Below, one piece after another: positions 45,407 to 60,384 of a stretch of DNA of 64,000 bases; the stretch's first letter is position 1, and each line of letters begins with the position of its first letter. The notes below the pieces were generated by a model. The model ran no database searches. It was not told where the DNA came from and was given only the letters and a program-made list of their open reading frames with translations. The position numbers and the translations under genes were made by a program. The DNA lies in assembly GCA_012295275.1 (NCBI GenBank), contig CM022667.1:13206001-13270000 (forward strand), read 5' to 3'. Source of the stretch: Chrysomallon squamiferum. Lineage: Eukaryota; Animalia; Mollusca.

Positions 45407-46232
45407 TTTTATCTTGTGTGTTACAAACAATAAAAAAAGAAACAGTGTCTACTGCTGTTCTGCCGTGCTGAATTATCACAGTGCACTCTTAGTTACCAGA
45501 ATACAAAACAAAAAACACGTGTTATTACTTTACAGAGAATTATATGATTTTCGCTATACAAGATCTCATATAGACAGATACACGCTATTTCGTCATTTCC
45601 TCATTTAACAAATATGTGTGTGTATATGTGTGTGCGTTTACGAGTTCGCATGTATATGCGTGTAGTGTTCAACAACATTTGGATATGTATATTTGTATAC
45701 AATCTCTACAGCGACATTGTCTTCGTGTATATATAAATATATATATTCTCGGCGTGAACATACATACTGTTATAATTAATATACATTATGTTGTGACAAC
45801 GTTGGTGTCTGATTTGTGACGGTGTACGTGTAATGTGACAACACGTCCACTACGACAACACGCACGCGTAGTTTGTGTTGATGACGTGACGACGTAATTA
45901 ACGTCCGTTTTGAGTTCGCGAGACAGGAAATTTTTCTCTTTCTTTTTTGTTTTTTCTACGACTCGTTCTCTCTGTTTTACCTTGGAAATACTTGGCAGTA
46001 CACCTTGACACATTCCTCGGTTAACACAAGACACTTGTTCTTACTAACCCATCCCCGCCTTCTTCCCACTTCCCCTTTCAAAATAGCTACCAGAATATAT
46101 ATGTGCCTGTGTGTTTCGAATGTCAGCATTATTATTTATTTATTTATTTTATTTTTGTTTGTTTGTTTCGTTATTTGTTTTTTTCTGTTTCTTTATTTTT
46201 TATTTTTTTTTTTTTTTTTTAAATTAATTTGT

Positions 46233-46325
46233 TATTATTTATTATTATTATAATTATTTTTATTATTATTACTGTTATTATTATTATTATTACTATTATT
46301 ATTGTTACTGTTATTATTATTATTA

Positions 46326-46395
<70 letters not shown>

Positions 46396-46425
46396 GATTA
46401 TTATTTTTATTATTATTATTATTAT
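46233..46425. repeat. (ATT)n microsatellite
   Basis: Direct read; boundaries approximate. Confidence 0.9.
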
Positions 46426-46709
46426 TGTTTGTTTCTAGTATGAATCTAATAACCAAAAACAAATTAGGAAAAAAAAAAATAAAATCATGTGATCTAAGAA
46501 ACTAGAAAAAATAAAAATAAAAATAAAATAATAATGATGAACGTATGCAAAAAAACTATCGTAACCACAACAAAAGATCTAACATCTGATAACATCAGCA
46601 TGCCCGTTGACGTCTTGATAAGCAAAGGTGCGTTGTCGCCTTCGTTGTCTTCATGACCAAGAAATTAGATGCATTAAAATCATTTTTTAGATCATCATCA
46701 CCACTATCG

Positions 46710-46740
<31 letters not shown>

Positions 46741-46891
46741 CATCATCACAGTGATTGCGGGTTTGTTCTCTAGATTATAGTCGTTTCATAGCTATATATA
46801 TATATATATTTTAAATTATATATAATTTTGTTCAGTTTCATTATTGTTTTCATTTTGTTTTTATTTTTGTTTTTAAATTAACTTATATATA

Positions 46892-47009
46892 TTTTCAGTT
46901 TTTGATTAGATTTATGCTTTTATTTTTATTTACTTTTACTGCAATTTATTTTAATGATTAAATTACGTCACTATAAACAGACGATATTTTCTGACAGAAA
47001 ATGCACCGA
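46892..47009 (+). repeat. Local ~120-bp duplication, copy B
   Basis: Matches 45121-45246. Confidence 0.75.
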
Positions 47010-47824
47010 TTAAATTTATTTTATTAATTTATTATGTCAGTATTATTCGTATGGTGATCGAGATGTCTGTGTCTTGTTTGTAATGCACCATCCCGGTTGC
47101 ATTATCATTCATTGTAGCATTTAGTTATTGCAGCCCCCCAAAAAACCAAACAACAACCCCCCCAAAAATACTTTTCCTCTATGTACAAAAATTGATCGTG
47201 TGCTTTTTCCCCTAAATTTTTTTGTTTATTTATTTATTATCTTATTATTTTGCTTATTATTTTATTATTTTATTTATTTATTATTTTATTATTTTATTTA
47301 TTTATTATTTAATTTATTTTATTTATTTATTATTTTATTCATTGATTTATTTATTTATTATTATTATTTTATTATTTTATTTATTTATTTATGCTAAATT
47401 ACGAATTCATTACTTATTGATTATCAGGTATTTTTATTCGTATTACTAAATTCTTCTAACAATCAAATCGCAAACCTGTTCTCAGCATTCTTTCAATGAA
47501 TAATGAAAATATTTTCAAAATCACTCTGACGAAATGCAACATTATCCTTCTTTTTCTTTCCCTCACATTCCCGAAATATTTGAAGAAATAAATATGTGAC
47601 GTGTTTAAAATTTAATAAAAATGTGGTAAAACGAGAAGGTAACAAAAAGAAGAATTTATTGTTGATACGCACAGTCATTATAAATGAACAACGTATGAAG
47701 TTTTTATTCTAATAAACCTGTTTAGTATGAACGACGTATGTTTTTGAATAACATTGTAATATATGAAAAAATAAAAGATACAACCTATATTTTTAGATAT
47801 ATGTAAAGAGAGGGAATATATATA

Positions 47825-47920
<96 letters not shown>

Positions 47921-48138
47921 AGAGAGGCTGCAAGATAGAAACAATTATGGGTGTTTACTTGTGTTTGTGCATAGATAAATAGATAAACAGATAGATGATA
48001 TAACAAACAGACATACGGAAAAACAAATAAATATACAGAGCTTGTTATCGCTATTGTTCTTCTTTTTATTACTATTACTGTTATTTTTTGTTTATTGCTG
48101 TTCTTGTTATTGCTGCTGTTGCTGCTGTTCTTGTTGCA

Positions 48139-48173
<35 letters not shown>

Positions 48174-48299
48174 CATCATTATCATAATTTCAGAACACAC
48201 CCAGTTACACAATAATTCACGGTTTCAAATTCCCGTGCATTCCTTGAGCAAAACATAAAACACCGTCCGGTTTGATCTTGAAAGCAATGGCGCTAAAAA

Positions 48300-48330
<31 letters not shown>

Positions 48331-48785
48331 TTAAGGCGCGAGAAAATTGTGAATTCCGTGCTCGGCAGGGCATGTTTTATGTCAGGTTGGAGACGGGGGA
48401 GTGGGGGGTACACTGCACCGATCTGACCACCATCATCACCACTGAAATAACTCGCAGGTAACCTAGCCATTAAGTGTACTAATTAAACTGAACACCTGAT
48501 GAAAGGTATTTACGAAGTATCGCAATAATTAGAAAAAAAAAAAAAAAAAAATCCTGGTACAGTACCAGTGCACTAATCGATCAACAGATGGCGCTGTTGT
48601 TTGAAAACATAATGGACCGCAAAGCCAGTTGGGTGCGTTCAGATTAATAAGTGACCACGGGTCACAGATTTATTCATCATCGTCCCTGGTGATTGCTGGT
48701 GGTGGGGAAAGGTGGGGAAAAGGTGGGGCAATGTGGGTAGAGTGAAATCTGACATCTGTTGCTGAGGTATTTAATCTGATATTTT

Positions 48786-48883
48786 TAAATGGGCATTTTG
48801 AATTGAAGTTTTAAACAGTAATGTAAGTTTTCTTATATTTTACACCTTTATTTCATATATGTATAAAAAAAATATATAAAAAA

Positions 48884-48886
<3 letters not shown>
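48786..48886 (+). repeat. Dispersed ~100-bp AT-rich repeat followed by (CT)n, copy B
   Basis: Matches 21280-21382 in the same orientation; both copies run directly into a (CT)n array. Confidence 0.85.
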
Positions 48887-48952
<66 letters not shown>

Positions 48953-50149
48953 ATATATTTATGTATGTGTCTGAATGCGTGTAAATATCAACATTAGAAA
49001 TACATACACACTCAAGGAAAAATTCATTTTTCATATTAATACGTAATATTCATGCATACATACACACAAGTGTATAAAATAACGAACTGATCGGGCTTAG
49101 CCAAATAGTAAGTGCTGGGGTCAATAGGTGTAACACAAACCTGCACCTGAACTGACATTCTGTTTAGAAGTAAGACAGGCACACTTTGATTAATACTGTT
49201 TAGTCACATACTCAAGTAGAGCATATATACATACATACATACATAGATACATACATAGATACATACATATATACATACATACATACTTAGATATATACAT
49301 ATATACATTTATACATACCTTCATATAAACGTGCATACATACATCCATTCAGAGTATATCATACATAGACTGAAACATACATTATACACACATATACACC
49401 CACATAAATACACACGCACATATACGTACGTAGATAGATGGATAAACTGATCGAAAGATTCTCGTCATTGGCATCTTACGTCTGTGAGTGAGATGGATAG
49501 ACTGCTAAAATAATTAACATAATTTCATATTCATTCTTTTGAGGCTTATTTATTTAGATCAGTATACTTTGTTCACAATAGACTGACGCGCGCGCTCACG
49601 CTCACACACACAACACAGATACGCACACACAACACACACACAACACAGATACGCACACACACCACACAAACAACACACACACAGACACACACACACACAA
49701 CACACACACGCAGTTTCCCGCACTGACACTGGATCTGCAAGGCGGCTGCCAACAGCTCGAGGTGCAGACAGGCGTAGCACTCACTTGAATACTGGCGTAA
49801 GAAAGTTTTATTCGCAGTTCGCGTGATGACGATCACATGCTCAGCCAGAATGATCGACTGCGGTGGGGGTCGGTCAACCCAGGAGTATTCTTGGTGTGAA
49901 TAATCGCCATTTTTTGAAGGCTAGTGTTTCCAGAATCTGTCGATGCATATCCTGTTCGCACTTGAAACGCACCACCCATGTAGCCTTCCAGTTCCACACA
50001 GATAGGGATTGTTAAAGTGGCTTTTTTTTTTCTTGCTGGCACGCTTATGTATATATACATATTTATATTTATGCTGTTTTATTTTTCCCCTGTGTGGTCG
50101 TACACATGACAAGTACTCGCAACCTTAGGGTTCCAAGGTGCCCCGACCT

Positions 50150-50697
50150 CTTAAGGGTTAAGTAGATACTGACAAATTTTGGATTAATTATGTACTGACA
50201 AATTTGGGGTTAACGACGTACTGACAAATTCGGGGTTAATTATGTACGTACTGACAGAATAAGGATCACGTCACCGCTGACAGCGTAAGTGTTAAATACG
50301 TGTTGAGAAGTGTACAGTTAAACACGAATCGACGGTGTAGTTAAATGCGTACGAAGTTAAATACGTATTTAGAAATCTAGGTTCAGATACGTATGGACAG
50401 ATATGTATTCACAACCTAGAGTTAAATACGTACTGCCAACCCGCAGTTTAATATATTTTAATAACAGTTAAACGCATAGTGTCAAAGCTCATGAGAAACT
50501 GTAGAGAAACCTAATGAGAAACTATTGATAAACCTATTGAGAAACTATAGAGAAACCTAGATTTAAAAACAGTCTAGAGTTAAACAGTTCTGGCAAAGCA
50601 TTCGTTAAATATGTGTAGACAGTCTACAGTCAAACCTAAAATTAATTACTTATATTGACAAATCTAGGGTTAAATACTTGTGACAAATCGAGAGTTT
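50150..50697 (+). repeat. Degenerate ~25-bp minisatellite with a nested 11-12-bp subrepeat
   Basis: Approximate unit GGTTAAATACGTACTGACAAATCTAG, recognisable via recurring GTTAA...TACTGACAAAT. A GAGAAAC(C)TA subarray lies at ~50492-50560. Confidence 0.7.
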
Positions 50698-51327
50698 TGA
50701 TTGTTTTTCAGTTGTTGTTTTTTTAGTTTTGTTTGTTTATTTGTTAGTAGGTATGATAACTTTAAGGTTCCAGTATCTTCTGATAACAGAAAAAGGCGGC
50801 GCCCCTGTATTTTTCAAACTCTGCTCCTTCATTATTATGCATGGTTATTTATTACGATAATTAAACAAAGCCCGAAAATATGCAGAAAATATCTGGCTTA
50901 ATTCTTCTAACCTTCAGATACAGTTTAACTATTATTTCTGAGAACGGGTCTTTTCAAAATCGTTAAGTCTAATTCATTGGATTTCTATACGAAACTAAAA
51001 CCGATAAAACTCGTGAACATTCATTCGTAACAAACGACATCAATATATTTAATTTCGGCCTCCGGATTAAAATCCATTAACTGACATTTTAGAATGTGCA
51101 CGTGTCTTAAAAAAAGATCATGTTACGACGTCCATGATGTATAGCCACAATGCTGAATGGAATTTGTATAGTTAAGTGAAACAGTAAATAAATATAATAT
51201 TACGGCATCTATGATTTACTGCGTATGTGTGTTTGTGTGTGTGGATATATATATATATATATATAATTATATGTGTACACATGTTTGTGTTAATATATAT
51301 GTATGTATGTGTAAGTATGTTTGTATG

Positions 51328-51549
51328 CGAGAGAGAGGGGGAGAAAGAGAGAACGAAAGAGCGAGAGAAAGAATGAGTGAAACCTAACGATAGAGAAAGG
51401 GAGGGAGAGAGGAGCAGAGACTAAGACAGAGAGAGAGAGAGAGAGAGAAATAGATAGATGGATATATATAGAGAGAGATAGATAGAGAGATAGACAGATA
51501 GAGAAAGAGAGAGAGCGAGAGAGAGCGACAGAGATAGAGAGATAGATAG

Positions 51550-51610
<61 letters not shown>

Positions 51611-51614
51611 TAGC

Positions 51615-51661
<47 letters not shown>
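51328..51661. repeat. Degenerate (AG)n/(AGAT)n polypurine tract
   Basis: Direct read; boundaries approximate. Confidence 0.85.
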
Positions 51662-51665
<4 letters not shown>

Positions 51666-52958
51666 ATGTTAAAAATCGAAACAATAAACACATAACATCA
51701 AGACATCTTCATTGTGAAGAAAACAGCAAAGAAATTGTCTGGCAGAATGAATGATGAACACACGCGTCCTAATTAAAACACAATAAAGATTCTCACATTT
51801 CCCGTGTCTCGCGTTGCTTGCACTATTTGCTAGAAAAAAGAAACAATTCGAACACCGATGTATCCGTTACGTGTATTAATTTCATGGAATGTCGCCTTGT
51901 GGGTTGATGACAACGAAAAGCACCGAGTCACCCAGTATAAATTATACATAATGTAATAAACACACTTAAACACAAATAAACACACACAAAAAAAAAAAAA
52001 AAAATTAAAACACCAAAAAAAAAAAAAAAAAAAAAAAAAGTGAAAAGGATGATAGAACAAGTAATAATGTATTATTTAATATATTTTTTTTTTATTTGTT
52101 TGTTTGTTTAAAATAAAGAACGAAAGAACGAAAAAAAAAAAAAAAAAAAGAAGTAAAAAAAAAAAAAAAAAAAAAAAACAAACAACAACAACAATAAAAT
52201 AAATACAATAAAATAAGGATAAAATAAATAAATATTGTGTGTGTGTGTATGTATGTATGAGTATATATATATATAAACAAAATATGAAATAAAATGAATT
52301 AAAAAAAAAAAAAGCGCAAATGTAAATAACGATAAAAAGAAACATGAAATAAACAAAAACATTAAGCGTTACAAACAAACCTCTGTAAAAGAAGCAGATT
52401 TAAAATTTACGTCAAATTCGCCGTCACGCAGATCTCACGATTTTCTCAGATTTCGCTACTGCGGCTCGATTCAACACTTTGTGACAAATTCGAGACAAGA
52501 CACGCATAGTTTACGAGCAGAGATTTAACAGAAGTCAAACAATACGCTTTATGTTACAGATACAAATGACCAAGAGTAATAGAAATCTGTGTTGTTGTTG
52601 TCTTCTGCTTTTTCTCTTCTTTTCTTTTCTTTTAATTCATCATCTTCTTGTTAGGTTGCTTTGACTTTTGTGTCGAGTTGCAGTAGGACGACAGATTAAA
52701 AGCCAAGAAGGCGACGAAATCAGATTTGATTTAAAATCAATAAAATATTGATAGATTTATTTAAGAAAGCTTTTCTTGTTACCTGTGAAGAATGCAGGAG
52801 AATTGAAATGAAATGAAAATAAAATAAAATACGTGTTTAAAATACAAAGTTTACATATTTGATTTTCTCTAATTATGAACATATACCTTAACTTCTCTCT
52901 CTCTCTCTCTCTCGCTCTCTGTATGTCTCTCACAAAACACATACACATATAAAGAGAG

Positions 52959-53033
<75 letters not shown>

Positions 53034-53244
53034 CAATAAGAGAAAGAGCAAAGATAGAGAAAATATGAATAGAAAAAGAAAAAGATGGTCAGTTGGTAAA
53101 TATATAAATGTGTTTGAGTGTGCGAGTGTGTGTATATGAGTGTGTATATATATATACTATTGTTGTTGTTGTTTATCTTCTGCTTCTTGTTGTTCTTATT
53201 ATAACTTATGTTGTTGTTATTACTACTATCACTATTATTATTAT

Positions 53245-53276
<32 letters not shown>

Positions 53277-53650
53277 TTATTATTATTATTATAATTATTA
53301 TTATTATTTGATTCAATTTATTATTATGAAAGGATGTATATTCAGCCTTATTATGCTTCTTGTCGTATTTCCACCTGCAGCATGCTCACTTTATAAGTAA
53401 GTAAATAAATAAATAAATAAATATTAAAAAAACCAAAAACGAAACAAGAACTGATTTTGTGACGTCATTTTCAGGAAGTACGCTCACAACGAAAACAGTC
53501 GTCATATTCTGTACAGAGCTGCGTCGTTACGGCTCCCGGATGTGTAGTCACTGACATTAAACACTAACATTAACAAGCTTTAGATGGGAAACATTGGCCA
53601 GAAGCCGAAACCCACAATGACATTCCAAGAATTCATTCTCACTCTTTTAC

Positions 53651-53681
<31 letters not shown>

Positions 53682-54304
53682 AAAAAAAATAAAAAAAAGT
53701 AAATAAAAAAAATAAAATAAAAAATAAAAAATAAAAAATAAAAATGATGAAAGAAAATACAGAAAGAGCAAAAAGAAACCGCAGAATTTCTTTCTCTCTT
53801 TTTCTTTCATGTTTACAAAAATGCGAATAAAGATGCACCTAACACTACAATATCTATGTTAATGCTCGGAGAATTTGATCGTAAAAGAGTTAAGTACGTC
53901 ATTTATTTAGCCTATTCCAGTCGCCACATTCTTTGGACCGTGGGGGGTTGTCGGCGTGCGGTGATAACACATAATTCGATATTGTTTTTTCTCTTTGGAA
54001 TCTCTCTCTAACTCACTCCGAGTGCAAAAACAAGAACGGATAACTATTCCTGGTTACCAGATTGCCTGCCCCCCCCCACCTCCCCGTGGATCACGTAGGG
54101 GGCGCCACCTGCAATAATAAATACCCAGCATCCCAAAGGTCTTTATTCTTTCATTCCAAAGTATTTAGTTCGCCTGTGTTGTCTATCTTTAGTTGGTGCA
54201 TCGCAGACTTTAGACTTTACGATTTCGTCTTCTACTCTTTCAACGTCCAGTCGTAAATCAGTAATACTGATACAAACAGTTTGTTTTTTTTCTTCTTCTT
54301 CTGG

Positions 54305-54921
<617 letters not shown>

Positions 54922-56551
54922 CTTTTTTCTCTGCGACTGCAGGTGCAGTTTCTGCAAATCTCCAATCAGGAAACGAAATACGAAATTGTTCCTAATTAGC
55001 AACAAATTTGTTCCAAACTGCAGTGTTTTTCTACAGATACACACTTTCAGCATCGTAAACACAACTTTTATCTTAAGCGTCTTTATAAATTATCGTTAAG
55101 GTTGAAGAATATAGAATACAGCTACAGCAACTACAGCATCAATGATGGCGAATATGACGACGACGAAGATGTTGATGGTATTGATGATGGTGCTCATAAT
55201 AATGACGACAAAGGAATACGAATAACATATATACTACTACTACCACTACTACTATCACCACTACTGCTGCTACTACTACTAACACTGATAATAATAATAA
55301 TAATAATAATAATAATTATTATTATTATTATTATTATTATTATAATGATGACTGCGATGATGATTAACATAATAATAACAAACATACGACATATACAAAC
55401 AAACAAACAAACAAAAAACAAAAAAATAATAATAAATAAATAAATAAATAAATAAAATATTGAAGAAATGTTGCATCTAACCAAATGAACACCGAAGAAA
55501 TAAATATCATTTTTATTTAACAAAACCGTCAACACAATTCTCTATCGACATTTATCAAACTCATTTCTTGCCGGAATGTGGTGTTGCTAACAATTAGCAA
55601 CAACGACTATTTCATATTTATCCTTTAGATACAAAAACAAACAAACAAACAAACAAACCACACACAACTGCATCGGATAAGCAACTTTAAGAGCCATGTT
55701 CAGATCGGGATTTAAAGATGAATAGCAAAAGATGGCCGTTGCAGCATTTCGTCAAACGTGCAAAAATTCGTAAACTTCATTTTAAATCATTTAGGCTGCC
55801 GAGGGATTCACGTTTTCATCTTTGCTTGGACCCGGAGTAAAATTGTGTTAATGTAATCCCTAGACACAAATATTTTATTTCGGGGCGATTTTTGTACTTG
55901 TTGAACTCAAGACAACTGTTTGTATTCGAACAGCCGTTTGTGTTGAAAATTCAGGGCCAACCTTTTAACTGGTGTACGTGACGCAGATTCACGGTCATTA
56001 ATATATGCACGAACGTGATTCGGCACTTCCCGTCTTTACACAACTGTTCCAATTTAATTTGGTTGAGACGACTTTGCGTTGTAGTTAAATATTCCCGCAA
56101 GAACAAATGTTTACGTCACGACTTAAAGACAACACTTGATTTGTCTCTGCAGCAGACGATATTTTTTTTTTTTTCTCCAACTCCACGTTTGCTATGGCCA
56201 TTTTCTTCGATCGTTATTGTCCCTAACCCAGGAATTTCGACAGATTTACACTTGATCTTGGCATTGCAAATTAGGTAACCAAACTGACAGAGAAATGCAT
56301 TACCTTGCACTTGCGTAAATCAGTATTGCTTTGTGATTAACGTAAGTGAGTGTGCGCGAACAAAAGTTACTCTTGTTTAACTGGAGCCGTTGTGGGTTTT
56401 GCTACACGTAGCCATATTAAATGTTTACGTATAAATTTCGATGCATTTCCCTTGCAGGGGTGCGATCAAACAACAAGGAGGAATTTAGCATTCCTAGACA
56501 ATTTACATAAAATGTCGTAGAATCCTGAATTCTAAGAACATAGCAAATATT

Positions 56552-56627
<76 letters not shown>

Positions 56628-57660
56628 ACGATTAACAAGACGTAAACAATGTTAATACGTCAAACAGTACTATGACATCATCTGGGTGTTATTTTTAGGA
56701 TCCATTAGAAAAGAATTAATCTGATACATTTTTGTCTTACTTTAACAAATTAGGTTATAAGAATGTCATTAATATTTTACAACAACAACAACAGTAATAA
56801 TAATAGTAATTGTATGCATGCATGCATGTCTGTATCTAGATAACAGTACGTATGTAAATATGTATATGTGTGTATGATGTACGTACGTATACGTATGTAT
56901 TATGTATTTATATATGTATGAATGTATGTATGTGTGTCTGTATATGCATGTCTGTAAGTATGTATATTAAAATGAATGTATCACAAAGAACATAAATACA
57001 GTCACCAAAACCGCGCGTTGCGTAATATCACGTGCGTATTCCTAACACAAAAATTAGCGAGTACCAAAAAATGTTTTCCCACCCATCCCTATTTCAAGGC
57101 GACAATCATCTTTAATGAAGTCGCAACAAACACTTGTAAAGAAAAGAAGAAGAAAAAAAGAAAAATGAAAGAACGAAAAAGAAAAAGAAAGGTTGAAAAG
57201 TTAAGTAGTTTGCACTCTGAACACGGAGATAAGAAAAACCTAGCAGAAACAGTCAGAGACGGGGTAACACTTCGTTACATTCGTGAAAGAAATTCGACAT
57301 GGCGGTGTCGAGGGAAAAAGCTCCGACGTAGTAAAGTAAACACGCGACTCACTGAGCGGGGTTTCAGTCTATTGTCGCGGTCACGTGACACTTCGAGAGT
57401 TCGTTCGGTGAGACAAGTTATAACAATACCACATCGCAATTATTTTCTGACGAAACCTAATTTTAACTTCTTCTTCTTTATTTTTTTTTATTATTATTAT
57501 TATTATTATTTTTTTTTTTTAAAAACAGGTGAGATTTTCACCTATTCAGCTTCTCCGATCAGAATCGATCTAGCCACTTGGGAAATTAACCGTTAAAAGG
57601 TACTGCAACTATTCTGTTACGCAGATTTATCTATCTATCTTTCTTTTTTCTTTTCTCGAA

Positions 57661-57675
57661 CGCACCGAATGACCC
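57661..57675 (-). promoter_or_regulatory. DR3 element GGGTCA-TTC-GGTGCG
   Basis: Plus strand reads CGCACC GAA TGACCC, about 3.9 kb upstream of the P450 ATG. Confidence 0.5.
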
Positions 57676-58094
57676 CTTCTGCGTTTATTGCCGCTAGCAT
57701 ATTATCACCGTAGGCGTGGTTTAATGTGGTTAATGCTTTCTGTCACTCATGACCAGTAGGCGTGGCTGCCCAATATAATGTCCCCGCCTTGAATTATGAA
57801 AAATCACGAATCTTTGCACTAAAACGAAAACCTTGACGTAGATGTACGTATGGGTGTGTGTTTTCTGGTGCGTGAGGTGTATTCGTACATTCTAATTTTA
57901 GGAGTGTATGTGCATGCATGTTTGTGTTTGTTTGTGTGTGTTGTATGAGTGTGCGTGTTGTATGAGTGTGCGTGTATGTAGGAACACGCTGGAAAATGTC
58001 TGAAAAGTGGTTAATAGGTGAGATTGATTATTCGGTCGTCATTGTGGTCGATAACGAAGTTCAACGAGTCCTCATTAAAATGTGATAACAATAG

Positions 58095-58096
58095 TT

Positions 58097-58136
<40 letters not shown>

Positions 58137-58429
58137 CAGTAATAATAGTAGTAATAAAGTTGTAATAGTAGTAATAGGAGTAGTAGTAGCAGTAGAAGTA
58201 GTAGTATTAATATTAACTTATGCTATACTACTAGTAGTAGTGGTGGTGGTGGTTGTGGTTGTGGTAGTAGTAGTAGAAACAGTTGTAGGAGTGGTAGTTG
58301 TAGCAGAAGTAGTAGTTGCACCCATAGTAGTAATATTATGTGATGCTGTGATTGTGTTTGTAGATGTAAATGATAGTAGTAATAATGATAATAGTTGAAG
58401 TAATAATAGAAATAATAGTTATTGTAGTA

Positions 58430-58460
<31 letters not shown>

Positions 58461-58490
58461 CAGTAGTAGTAGTAGTAGTAGTAGTAGTAG
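58095..58490. repeat. Degenerate (AGT)n tract
   Basis: Direct read; boundaries approximate. Confidence 0.85.
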
Positions 58491-59569
58491 TTAGCTGTCC
58501 AGGTATGATCACACTTCACAATAGTTAATATAAAACATTCTCATTAAATAGGATTAGAAGAAAGGAGAAATTTTTAAATGCGTAATCAAAAGTACATATA
58601 TGTGTGTATATTTGTGTGTATGTATGTCTGTATGTCTATATATATATATATATGTATATGTATGTGTGTATGTGTGTGTGTATGTATGTGTGTGTATATA
58701 TATATATGTGTGTGTGTGTATGTGTGTATGTATGTATGTATGTGTGTACATGTATGTATGTACGTATGTAAGTATGTATGTAAACAAGTGGAAAGACACG
58801 GGTTGAAAGTGACCGAGTTGTTTGACACTACATCTAGTGCTGAAACATCTGTTTGAAATGTGATAGTATCTCCGTATATTAAACATATTTTCATAAACCC
58901 AGTATCGATCGCTGATGGCCAAGTCGATTACATCCAGTGATGTCATTGTACGATGGTAAATCGTATGGCGAAGTTGCACCGAGTTTAAACACCTTTAGAT
59001 TCAAAATACTTTAGGCGCGTGTAGAAGGTTCGGAATCAGAAGATGAAGAAGAAGAAGAAGATAATAATGATGGTGATGACAAAAAAAAGAAGAAGATGAT
59101 GATGATGGTGATGATTACAGTAATAATAATGATGATGGTAGCAGTGAAGAAACAACGAAGAACACAGCAACAATTATTTTATTTTATTCTTTTGTTGTTT
59201 TAATTATTTTTTAAATTTGTTTTTTAAATTCTCCTAAATTTAATCTCTCCATTATAAATTTGCAAATTATATTCCGGCCCACCACCTGTGTTCAGTATAA
59301 GGTGATAACTAATCGAAACAGGTGAAAATTAGAACTTCACCTGTGATTATCTTCGCAGGTGTTCTGTCCGAATGACATTACTTACGTCCTCACACGGTGG
59401 CGTAACGCCGCGTGACGTAGTGCCGTGGAACGCCCTCTAGCGACGATTTCGTTAACTTTATTAACAATTAATACACTTGCATCTGTGTTTTGAGGATCCA
59501 TTTAAACAGGTAAGAATTAATTTACAAACAGGTTGAATGTAGATGGTTCATTCTTAATTGCAGTATAAG

Positions 59570-59674
<105 letters not shown>

Positions 59675-60055
59675 ATAATCTTCCCAAAGCTATTTTATGA
59701 CTTTTAATAAAAAAAAAAAAAAAAGTATTTCTTTGTTTCATTATATACTGGTAAAAAAATAAACAATAAACAAACTGTTTAATAAAACAAATTAACAAGA
59801 GTTCAAAGCAATATTCAAACTCACAACACAATCCTTTTCTTTGTGCATATTCTCTCCTGTGACACCTAATAAATTTACAGAATGAATTTTAAAACGAAAA
59901 AAAAAATTAGTTTCTGCACAATTTACGCTCTATGTTACGCCCTATAAATGAATAAATGTAAATTTGGTAAACATAATTATGGATATACACTATCGCAAAC
60001 CCTTTGTTTTCATCAAAAAGAACAAAAAATGTAAGTGATATTTTTCTAGTCAAGA

Positions 60056-60087
<32 letters not shown>

Positions 60088-60324
60088 CAGCAGCAGTAGT
60101 AGTTGTAATATACAGTCGTAGTGATAGTAGTGACGGCAGTATATGCGCAGAAACAGTATTTATTTTTATTAGTTTATTTATTTAAACAGATGTCGCAGTG
60201 GTAGTAGTTGTGAAGGTGTTAAGGTGGAGAAAAATGTAAAATTAACAGGTTTATTTTCACGATATCCAGTTAATTGTTAGTCAATACTTTTATTAATAAC
60301 AACTGTTTAGTACTACATGTCACG

Positions 60325-60384
<60 letters not shown>

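Noticed and set aside
49780-50060. Possible minus-strand coding exon (AAAATGGCG start, CAA|GTGAGT donor near 49786)
   Set aside because: The frame from that ATG stops at 49833, before the donor, and the peptide is unrecognisable. A non-coding exon cannot be excluded.
50150-50697. CRISPR-like appearance of recurring TACTGACAAAT units
   Set aside because: Units are contiguous and degenerate without unique spacers, the context is eukaryotic, and there are no cas genes.
56976-57596. 206-aa ORF, the longest in the track
   Set aside because: Held open by A-rich and T-rich low-complexity tracts (poly-K, poly-F/Y); no recognisable domain.
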